In this document: piece by piece, positions 52,961 through 64,000 of the stretch | Layout: each line of letters starts with the position of its first letter | How positions within the stretch are numbered: the first letter of the stretch is position 1 | Source of the DNA: Nageia nagi | Taxonomy: Eukaryota; Plantae; Pinophyta | Reading direction: 5' to 3' | Assembly: GCA_050084985.1 (NCBI GenBank) | Contig: JBITNC010000001.1 | Span: forward strand, 157,418,001-157,482,000 | Length of the DNA stretch: 64,000 nucleotides | The notes under the pieces: model-generated | The model's database searches: none | Told to the model about the DNA's origin: nothing | What the model saw: the letters and a program-made list of their open reading frames with translations, nothing else | Program-made: the position numbers and the translations under genes

Positions 52961-55900
52961 TGTGATGATCCGAACTAGGAATCACTTCTCAATTGTGCCT
53001 TATGAGAGGGATGTTTGTCTTGATGCTCTAAAATTACTCAAACAAGCTCAAAAATACATAAAATATCCAACATCTAGCTAGATTGAACAAGTACAATATT
53101 TGAATATGCAAAAATACCTTTAATAATCTGACACAATAATGAGGAAGCAAAATATATTTTATAATATGAAAATACACTTACATATCCAACATCATATATG
53201 GAGAGCAAAACATATAGTTTAAGCAATGTGAAACCACTCCAAAACCCAATGTCTAAGCATAGAGAGATAAACAACAATTCGTTATAGTAAAAATATATTT
53301 GTATTGATATGATAAAGTAAATAGTATAATCATAATATTTTTGGACCTAAGGAGATTTTATTGATACTTCCTCCAATAGGGTTTTGTTGGATAGCTCTAG
53401 GGTCTCACTAATCATAGCATCGATAAGGTGCAGTATAGGACTTCTCCACAACTCCATTATGGAACTAATAGTGTTCCTATCAATATGGCTAGAGTAAGTT
53501 AAGGTTGGCCTCCTCTCACCTCAATACCTCAAATATAGGTTTCCCTACAAGTGGCGAATATAGAGCTTCCACTCAATCCAAATAAAAGGGGTTTAATAAC
53601 AATAATCAAGATGATTTTGAATAACCAAGTGTTCTCCTTTTATAGGTGATGTAGTATCTCATATAATCTTGCATTAAGATGATATAACAATAGAGAGATG
53701 TGATATGTGTGCTCACATTATCATTATACAATACAAGATGCCTCAAGATAGGTGATATCACATCCAATGGTCTAGGAATGCAACGTACAAGAGGGGATAA
53801 TGTAGATATGCATTTGTATCATTTCTAGGTGTCTAATGCCCAAAAGGGGTGATGTGGGACCTTAGGATGCCCAAAATTATAACATGAGGGTGAATGATGC
53901 CCTAAATACCCAACATCCAAGTATGGGGATCTTCTAATACTTTGAGATGCCAAATAACTCCTTGAGATGCCACATCCAACCTTGGGGCTCTTAATGATAC
54001 CTTGTAGTTTATGCAATCACCTAGGGGGATACTCTACCTTGAAGAGGGAAGTATTAATGAATACAGAGATATTAAATACCAATATTATAGCTGTCAAGGC
54101 TAGAAATAGGTAGCATCTCTTTTAGAAAGACTAATATTGCATTTAGAAATATAATTACCTTAAAATTACAAATACATCATTATTGACATTTTAGTAATTA
54201 ACTAAATACAAATAAATAAATAAAAGGATATTTATTCCATAATTAGATCTTTACCAAGTATCTAAGTGGAATTTACATCACTTTGGCCAAATCTTACAAA
54301 AAAAATCATAAATAAATTAATGTTCCCATTTATCAGAGGTGAAATAGAGAAAACATATTACAAGTTCACCTAGGCTCCCAAATTGCTTTTCCCCAAGCAA
54401 TTTAAAAAATCCATAGTTATGGTAGAGTCTTCTTGACCCTTTTCTCATATTCCATAGTTGATCCTAGAATCAACAAGCTCTATCTTATTCTTTCCTATAG
54501 CCTCCAACCTTCTCTTCTTGAATTTCTCTATCATACATGTGAATGCCTCTTTGTAATTCCTCCCTATGTTTGTTCATTTGGTGAAAATATTAAGATTCTC
54601 CCAAGTTTCCTCCTTTGTGGATACACCCTTACACTTGACATGTACTTCATCCAAAATCCATTTTTGAATTTTTTCTTTCATGAGTCCAAAGCTTCCTCAA
54701 GGATCCAAACCAAATTTTGCCTACTATTGATTGGGGGTAATTCTATCAAGGGTTGTGTGATTATCCATTCTAGGGATAACTCCTCAAACATGCCCTAGGA
54801 GAGGGACATTTAACTTCTAGCTTTCAAACTAGTCAAAATAAGATCAAACACGCACCATATATCCAATGACTTGCTAGGAATGAAAAATACAAAATCAAAC
54901 TTACAGAAAATACCTTCAAACCTAATGTCTAGCTATGATGAGCAATTATGAAGTTAATGCAAGCAAATATCTCTAGTATTATAACAAAATGATTAGGAAG
55001 AAAAATGGTATCTCAATAGTGTAAAAATGCTTCATAAACCTAACATCCTAGTTGAAGAGCCAAAATTGATGTTAAGCAATGAAAATATCACTCTAGATCC
55101 AACATTACACTTAGGAAGAAAAAATAGAGATTTCAAGTAATGCAAAACTACTCCAAAACTCAACGTCCAAGCATAGAGAGACAAATAGCAATATTTTGAC
55201 AATAAAATATAATTATATTTTATATAGAAAGAATAGAGAAATTACAATATTTTTTTCAATCTAAGGATTTTGTACCGAGACTATATCCAATAGGGTTATT
55301 TTGAATGGCTCCAAAGCCTCACCAATCCTAGAAGAAGTAAGGTAAGACCAAGTCTCCTCTATAGTAACTATGATGAAACCAACAAAGTTCCTCTCCATAT
55401 GGCTTGAGTAAGTTCAAGGGTAGCCTCCTATCACCTCAATACCTCAAATGTAGGTTTCCCCACAAGTGGAAAAGATAAAATCTCCACTCAATTTGAAATA
55501 AAAGGGTTTGATAATAAATTCAACATATCTCATAATGGCTATGAGTCCTACTTTTATAGGTGATGGTTATCATTTTCTAATCTTGCATTGAGATGATCTA
55601 ATGATGGAGATATGTGAACCATGTGCTCATGTATGCAACATACAAGATGAGGAGCCTTGGGATGGATAAAATCACATCTAAGGGATAAGAATACCAATAA
55701 CCAATAGGGGGTGATGTTGGGGAAAATCATGATCAATGCTATAGGTCCATGTACCTAGGAGGGAAAACATGAGACCTTGGGATACTCACATGCCCAACAT
55801 CTATGCCATGGAGCCATCCACTTCCCTCAAGATTGCCAACACCTAGTTGGAAGTGCCACATACATCCTTGGATCTCCAAATGACCTCATAGTCAGTGCAA

Positions 55901-58900
55901 TCACCTAGGGGGATGCTCTACCTCAAAAGAGGGGAGCACTAATGAGTAAAGATACATTTAATATCAATGTTACAATCATTAAGGCTAAAACATGCAACAC
56001 CTCATTTAATGAGACTAATATTGCATTTATAATTATAATTACCTTGGTATTACAAACACAATATTATTGCTATTTTAGTAATTAACTAAACATAAATAAG
56101 TAAATAAAAGGGCTATTTATTCCATAATTAAAGCTTTATTAAGTCTCTAAGTGGAATTTACAATATTTTGGCCAAACTCTACAAAAAGAGATAAAATCAC
56201 TTCTAAATCAATATTTCCCATTTATCAAAGGTGAAATTGGGAAAATGCTTAAAAATGGAAACATTATATGTTGAATGTATGAACCATAGGAATCCATTAC
56301 ATATGATTCATGAAATACTTGATTCATCTTATTGTTAGGAGGTAATCAGATCTCATAGTGATCCTTTTATGCTATGTTCAAGATTTCAAAAGGTCCATAA
56401 TGGTGTATTATATGTCTCTAGGCTCTCCTTTGATTATTAGGGAATAACATATATGGTTGCATGCTTATGCACACATATTATCCTACATTAAATTCTCTTC
56501 CCTTAATGGAAGATGTTAAGTAATTTGACAAATCTTCTTGTTTGTACTATTTTTATTGATGCATTGATAGATTGGTACTTCTATTTTCCTCTTCATTAGT
56601 GTCAAATGGTGAATGATGTTTTAAGTTTCCCTTGTGAGTTGTTGTTTCCTTCAAAAAGCAAGGGGATGCTATGTACATATCTTGGAGGTGTGCCTTGCAT
56701 GTATTTTCTCCTAGATTTTGAGGTTTCTTTGCTTCTGACTCCATTATGGTAATGACTTCTCCCAAATACATTTTATCGTTAGCCATGCTTAGGTACAACC
56801 CCCTAGTGCTTCGAAAAGCTTCAAGAACTATTTGTAAATTAGGATAAGAGAGTTACCATTTGAAATGTTATGCTTTCTCAAGCAACATAAGAGTATGATT
56901 GAGTTTATTTATTCCTCATGTTCTTACGACTAGGTGAACATCAAATTCTCTCCCCATTCTGTTTTATCCATATCATCCCATTTGGTTAAGATAGTTATTT
57001 CTTTTTCCTTTTCCTTTTAAGAACAATGTATACTAGTAAGGGGTGTTTCTTTGGCCTTGATTGGGTTGAGAGCTTCTTAGGGTTTTGAAACCTCCTTTAC
57101 CTTGTGCTCTTGTGATACCAACTTCATTAAATCTATTTATCCTATGATATCTATAAATGTTCTAAAATGCATGACCTTCTTGTAGTTGTTAGGCCTCTTC
57201 TTATATCTCTTCAACTATTCATCTAATCTTTTTGCCTTCTCATTGATTATTGTTATCATTTTGGGTGGTTCTTTTCTCATACTGATAATCATATGAGTGA
57301 ATAAGTCTAGAACTTTTTTTAGTTTCTAATTAGCTTATCTACTCCAACCAACCATGGCGATAGTAGGCAAGTTTGTTTGTACCTATCCAACAAATTAGGT
57401 TAGCTACTTAGACGTACAACTTCTAATGGATGTGTTTTTGTAGGCTTACAACAAATCAAGTCTCCTCTACTCCCAATGTCTCACTTTTAGCTTTAGATTT
57501 TGAACATGATAACAAAAGTTTTCCAATGTCTCCTCCTTAAGATTCCATGATGTAGATACCATAGTGAAATTTAGTCAATAATAGCAAATGACTCTCCTTC
57601 TCCTCACTGTACTCCTTGTAGCGACTTTTAAATCCAAATTTCTTGAAAAAATAATGGCTAGAATGTCCAACAATTTTGCTAAACTATCAATTCTTGACCT
57701 TCATGATGAAAAATTAGTCAATACTTATAGTCCAGTATCACTTATGATGTAGTTATAGTCCAATATTGGCCTCAAAAAGATAACATATCCCTTCATATGA
57801 TTCCAAAAAGTAGCAGATAGTCTATAAACTCCCTTAAAACTCTAACATTTGACTTCAAGAGAGCTTTAAATGTAGGAAAGTTAATAAAAATGCTCCTAAA
57901 ATACCATCAACTACTTTCAAATGGGCTTAAAATGTAGAATAAACCTCCATGATGGCTTCAACATGTCAATGTACTTGTCAAGAAGATTATGAAATGCTCA
58001 ACAACTTTAGTTTATCTTTAGAATAACAATGTATAACTCCAATAAAAATATTGAATGGTTTTCCAAAACCTCCTTAGAATGCTAACATCCTCCCTATGAA
58101 TGCCTCAAAATATTAAATGAGACTTGAAATTGCTCCCAAAATACCAATGTTCAACTTTAAATCATCTTAGAATGGCAACGTCTACCTCTAGATGAGCTCA
58201 AATCCACCAAAATTCATTAGATTTAGGCTTTCTCAACTTAAATGAACCTCCTTCAAACTTCAGATCTCAACAATGACTTCAAAATTATTAGAACAAATGC
58301 AAAATATTTGAAATTGTACCTTATCAAGTTGAATGTTTCTCCTTTAGGCTTTAGAATTTGAAAATAGGACCAAAAAGTGCCAATGACCTACCCAAAGGAT
58401 GAGATCCATCTCTTAGATCTCCAACATCTCATTTCTATCATTTAGATCCAGTAAGTACTCCTCCAAAATGGCTAGTGATATAAGGTCCACTTTACTACAA
58501 TGCTAACTCTAGATGTTTCACCAATATCTCCTTTAAAACTCCTCCTTCTTACTCAATAGAAAAGAGAAAGATATCCTAAACAAATACCACTTTGATTCTA
58601 ACAAGATATCTTCATGAAATGATACCATAATGAATCTCCTTCATATTCTTTAGCTCCTTCATCAATCTCCCTCAACAACATACATCTTATTCAATAGCAA
58701 ATCTCTACTAGGATGAAGATATCTCCTCAATATCCATAGTAATTCTTGCCTAGTATCAAGGTAAATTCTCAACTCTTCAACTCAAAATTCCTCCATGTGT
58801 GATGTCCTTGATTCCACCATGATGGTATAATCAAGGTTTTGATACCACTATGATGATTTGAACTAGGGCTCACTCCTCAAATGCGCCCTAAGAAAGGGAT

Positions 58901-60266
58901 ATTTGGATTAATGCTTTGAAATTACTCAAACAAGCTCAATAATGCATAAAATATCCAATGTCTAGCCATATTTAGTAAGTACAACATTTAAATATGCAAA
59001 AGTTTCTCTAATAACCCAATGTACCAACAAGGAAGCAAAATAGATTTTATATTATGAAAATGCAATTCCAGAACGAACATCATATTTAGGGAGAAAAACA
59101 AATATTTTAAGCAATGCAAAATCACTCCAAAACCCAACATCCAAACATAAAGAGACAAAGAGCAAAAATGTAATTGTATTGATATAATAGAGTAAATAGT
59201 GCAATTATAAGATTTTTGGACCTAAGGATCTTGTATTGATACTTCCTCCAATAGGGTTTTGTTGGATATCTCTAGGGCCTCTCCAATCATAGTAGCAACA
59301 AGGCACAATCGAGGACTTCTCCACAACTATGTGATAGAATTGATAATGTTTCTCTCAATATGGATGGAATAAGTTGATTTTAGCCTCCTCTCATCTCAAT
59401 AACTCAAATGCAAGTTCCCCTACAAGTGGCAAAGATAGAGTTTCTAATTGATTCAAATAAAAGGGGTTTAATAACAATAATCAACATGCTTTTGAATGAC
59501 TAAGTGTTCTTCTTTTATAGGTGATGTAGTATCTCATCTAATCTTGCATTGAGATGATCCAATGTTGGAGAGATGTGATTCATGTGCTCACATTATCATT
59601 TTCCAATACATGGTACCTCAGGATAGGTGAGATCACATCAAATGGTCCATGAATGGAACATCCAAGAGGGGGTGATGAGGAGATTCATTGGGATCAATAT
59701 TAAGTATCCGATACGCAAGAGGGGTGATGTGGAGCCTTGGGATGTCCAAAATTCTAACATGGGGGTGAATGAGGTCGTAAATGCCCAAAGCCCAAGTATG
59801 GGGATCTTCCAATGCCTTAAGATTCCAAATAACTCCTTGAGATGCCATCTCTAACCTTAGGGCTCTTAATGATACCTTGTAGTCAATGTAATCACCTAAG
59901 GGGATTCTCTACCTTGAAGAGGGGAGAACTAATGGCTAGAAAGATATTAAATTCCAATATTATAATTGTTAAGGCTAGAAATATGCAATACCTCTTTTAG
60001 AGAAACTAATATTGCATTTACAAATATAATTGCCTTGATTTTACAAATAATACATCATTATTGGTATTTTAGTAATTAACTAAATACAAATAAATAAATA
60101 AATAAAAGGGCCATTTATTACATAATTAGAGCTTTACTAAGTCTCTACATGTAATTTACATCATTTTGGCTAAATCCTATAAAATTAAAGAAAATCACAC
60201 CTAAATTAATGTTCCCATTTATCAAAGGTAAAATGGGGAAAATACCTAAAAAATGGGGACATTACA
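52961..60266 (-). mobile_element. Non-autonomous Gypsy LTR element lacking recognisable RT, with a chromodomain remnant
   Basis: LTRs 52961-54362 and 58849-60266, PBS tggtatcaaaacc (rc 58835-58847), purine-rich tract next to 54363, flanks aaagg / (a)aaagg; rc 54585-54710 reads EALDS...EVHVKCKGVSTKEETWENL. Confidence 0.85.
54756..56268 (-). mobile_element. Solo LTR of a related family nested in element 52961-60266
   Basis: tgtgattatcc...aaaatggaaacattata termini; TSD ggttg/tgttg; colinear similarity to the host LTRs. Confidence 0.8.
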
Positions 60267-60639
60267 AAAAGGATTTGGAGGTGGTTTTTGGGTGATAATT
60301 TTTAACCACCTCTATTAATAATTTTTGGAGGAATTTTCATTAGGTGATTAAAAACCATCCCAAAATAATATAATGAGGAGGCTTAAAATTGCCTCTTAAT
60401 GAAAATATGAAAAAAAATAAAAACAAAGAGGCATAGGCATGGATATAGAAAAGCATTCTTTATTTTGATTTTTTATAGTTTGTAGACTGAGGGGTTAAAG
60501 GAAGAAAGGGGCATTTTTCAAAGGTGAGACTACTACAATGGAGAAGATAAAGTGAAACAAGGTTAGGGCAATTTTTAGAGGCAAGAATAGGAAGATGAGA
60601 CTAGACACTAGGTATTTTTCTTACTATGAAAAACAAATA

Positions 60640-61830
60640 CATGGTTTTGTGTGTTCTACATTTTTCGTATGTCTCTATGGGGATTTTTAGAAAATACATT
60701 TTATATGTATCTTGTAATTATTACAAACTATTAAACTATATTTCCATCATGCATCTTGTCAAACAATTCTTGGGTCTTGTGTATTCTTCCACATTTTTCA
60801 TATATGTTTATCAAGGCAATGACAACCATAACATTAAATTTACTAGCACCGAGGAGACACATTCACACACCAAATTCAACATTTATGGGATTTTTGGAAG
60901 TGAATTTTAAATATCTACTATGCATGTATAATGATTCATCCCATGAATAATGAAATTAAAGTCATGCTATTAAATAATTTACAATCCTCATCCATTATAC
61001 CTGCATGGCTGCATGTAAGTAGAGCATATACAAAGGTTATGGTATTAGGGTTGGTTCCCAAGTGCTTCATAAAATTAAAGAGTTTAAGGGTATTTTAGCT
61101 ATAGCCATGAATTGCATGTGTTATAATCATTAATAGTCCATGAAACCGTGTGTGCATCATGCATCTTGTCAAATATTTCCCAAGCCTTATGTATTCTTTC
61201 ACATTTTACAAACATATTTATTAGGGTGTTCACAACCTCAACATTCAATGCAAAAACATTTTCAACTACTCTTTTATGGGTGAACATACCTTCTTCTAGA
61301 GTTCCCATGATGGCACATATTGGAAGAATGCAAGAAAAGGTTGTAGAGTTTGACTTTACACCTGATAATTGTATTTGCTTAAAAATATCTAAAGCCTTCT
61401 CAGAAAACCCATTTTATGCATATCCTTTGATTATTACATTCTATGAAACTATGTCTATATTATGAAAATTATAGAGTTTAATGGAATCCTTTTTGTATAC
61501 ATGAATTGCATACCCTCCAATCATTACATTCCATCAAACTGTATTTGCATCATGCATCTCATTAAATAATTCCCATTTTGTGTATTCTTCCACATTTTGT
61601 ATATTCTTCCACATTTTGTATACATGTCTATCAGGGTGGTAAAAAACAAAACATTCAATAAGAAGTTATTTTTAACTTCTCTTTGATTAATGTTCATACC
61701 TTATTGGAGATCTCAAGAGTGGTACATACTAAGAATGTTGGAAAAAGTTTCAAAGTTTGGATTTATACTTAACAATTGCGTCAACTTATGATTAAATAGT
61801 CTATGAAACTATGTCTGTATCACAAATTTT
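60640..61830 (-). pseudogene. PLS-class pentatricopeptide repeat (PPR) gene fragments, disrupted
   Basis: GFSEKAL..FKQIQLSGVKSNSTTFSCILPICAIMGTLEEG, VVNTLINMFVKCERIHKAWEIFDKMHDAHTVSWT, CSHAGIMDE, ALINIYEKCGRIHKTQELFDKMHD; frameshifts and stops. Confidence 0.88.
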
Positions 61831-63609
61831 ATCGATATGTATTTATTTTATTATTTATCTATCCTTATATATTGATGTTATGTTTATGAACAAGATTACA
61901 CAAATGGATACCACTTTATGCATAGAATTGGTGCCCCTTTCTCAAGGAAAGTTTTCCTTGTTCATCAAATTGGTAATAAACGAGATGTTATACATTTTTG
62001 CTATTCCTTGGAATATATGAAAATTACTTTGAAACTCTTTTGCATGTAGTTATTTTTAGGATATGAAGTAATGAGAGACTTATAACTTCTTATCTCACTA
62101 TATTAAAATTTATGAAGAGACTAAAAGATAAAAAGATTTATTTTATTATATTTATATAACAAAACCTATGTTAGTTTGAGTAGTTCTAATACAAGTTATG
62201 GTTGTAATATTTCATATTAATTTTGAAATTATAAAATATATAAGTGTAATTTACTTGAATGTATATGGTTAGTAAGAAAGGGTTTCCACTCAAGATATTT
62301 TTGAACTTCCTAGATGCCTTAGGTGCTCACTGGCCCTTGGAAGAAGACTCCCATACATATTTATTGTATATGATCATTTTAGTTTATTATTCTACATGTT
62401 TTAAGAGAATAAGGAGAGTAACATAAGAGAAGATAACATAATGGTTTTCCTTATATCTTTGAAGACACTAAAGCATCCTTATGGAGCCCATGGTCACCTT
62501 TATAAATGGGCTCTCTATGATTGAGATCAAGTGCCTTGGGTAATTGAGGATGACATATCAAAATTATCTAATGAGGAGGATAGAAAAGTGGTATGCATGG
62601 TTGATTTATGTCTTATTTATGAGGATGCTCCTAAATAGGTAATATTTGATTCATTTGAGTGTGAGTATTCCATTCTAGAGTTTCTAGGATCCAAATTTGA
62701 ATTGCCAAAATCTAATAAAAAGATATCTAAAGGTTATTTGATTCATCCTTCAGCATATTTTAGAGAAGGTTTCCAATAAGATGAAACCACAAGTGCATTA
62801 TTGTACCATTAGCTTTACTTTCCATTATTTTTTCATATTAGAATAAGAGTAGGAGTAGGAATAGGAATAGATGAAACTATTGGAAATTGTAATGTAATAT
62901 TGTGTAATATTTCTTTTTAATGTAAATTCACTTAATGCTTAAACTATGTTTAGATACCTTAAAGTATTAGTAGAATAAATATAGAAAGAGGAATAAATAT
63001 AGAAACACCTTTATCCTTATCCTTGGTAAAAGGAAGGTTAAAGGGTGGGTTTATTTTTATAAATAGAGAGGTACACCTCTCATTATGTAACTTGATGAAG
63101 CATGGTAATGCTTGTATTGTAGATATGATCTTGTAGGAGCTTTGTAGAATAATTCTTGAGAATTTATAGGAGAGTTATGTTGTGAGAAGTAAGAGAATTA
63201 TGGTTCAAAGTGGATGTACTTCCAAATTATGGAGGAACCACTATACATGATGTGTTATTTTGTGTGTGATTGATTATTGCTTTCCTAGAAGGATGAATGT
63301 TAGATTTGTTGGAGAAGATTCAAGGTGATCTTGGTTTATGGAATCCTTCAATTCCATAAAAAACCATAAGTTCATTCTTGCACCATTAGCTTTACTTTTC
63401 AAATGATCATAGCATGATGGATGAGTTTGGGTTCATGATTTAATAAGCTTCCATAACCACCACAACTACAAGAAGAGATTCTTATGATCAATGATGGTAT
63501 TTATCAAATCATATTAGAAAATCAAGAAAGTAAAAAAGTAATAAAATCAAGAAAATAGTTTGCAAAACAAGATGTCCAATAAATATTTCAAAAAATCAAA
63601 AGGATATTT

Positions 63610-64000
63610 TCTTATTCTTATGAAGATATGTTGTGTCTAGATGAAAACTTTATTACCCATAGTCTAGTGGTCAAGAAAGATAACAAACCTATTAAACAAA
63701 AACCTAGAAAAATGCATCCCACCACAACCTTATTAGTAAAGAAGGAAAATGATAAATTCTTAAAGAAAATTTCATTAAATCCATTGATTATTTCTCTTGG
63801 ATGTATAGCATAGTTTTGGCTCAAAATGCTAATGGAGAGGTTAAGGTATGTACCAATTTTAAAGATATCAATAAAGCATACCCAAAAGATGATTTTCCCT
63901 TGCCCAATATTGATATGATTATTGATAGGATTTCTATATATGATATGTTATCATTTATGGATGGATTTTCAAGTTATAATCAAATTAACATCAAAGAAAG
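63610..64000 (+). pseudogene. Ty3/Gypsy (Tat/Ogre-type) reverse transcriptase N-terminal part
   Basis: KPIKQKPRKM, DINKAYPKDDFPLPNID, LSFMDGFSSYNQI. Confidence 0.9.

Larger units (their letters stand above)
49997..64000 (+). mobile_element. Degenerate Ogre/Tat-type Ty3/Gypsy element (5' LTR, PBS, gag, protease, RT), interrupted, running off the window
   Basis: Putative LTR tgtagg(49997)...cctaca(50604); PBS tggtgaccccg; gag remnants 50900-51430; protease LVHGGSNLNI...YNIILGIPWIHDLEAIP; RT start KPIKQKPRKMHP...FKDINKAYPKDDFPLPNIDMIID...LSFMDGFSSYNQI. Joining gag/PR to this RT is inferred from order and strand. Confidence 0.7.

Overview
Eukaryotic, AT-rich, repeat-dense plant DNA; long TE-filled introns and old LTR families suggest a large-genome seed plant such as a conifer or other gymnosperm (inference). 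The only intact host gene I can see is the 3' part of DNA topoisomerase 3-alpha (TOP3A, + strand): seven GT-AG exons at 7991-8029, 8651-8729, 8841-8912, 27281-27352, 27472-27603, 27954-28083 and 28302-28614. Its 5' exons are not found and probably lie left of the window. One TOP3A intron is about 18.4 kb and is almost filled by a nested TE stack: an old Ty1/Copia element carrying a hAT transposon, a MITE-like element and a non-autonomous Ty3/Gypsy (gag+protease only), whose 3' LTR holds a further solo LTR. The upstream intron has a solo LTR nested in another solo LTR, the inner one rich in tandem arrays. Downstream of the gene is a TE graveyard: a plant-mobile-domain pseudogene, a second gag+protease-only element with two tandem proteases, an LRR-like gene fragment, the 3' end of an Ogre/Tat-like element, a LINE fragment in an ~883-bp tandem duplication, Copia remnants, an RT-less LTR element keeping a chromodomain, and an Ogre/Tat-type element with PPR gene fragments between protease and RT. 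No rRNA, tRNA or CRISPR was seen. I found no clearly new biological system; the best leads are the unusual non-autonomous retroelement architectures and possible gene captures.
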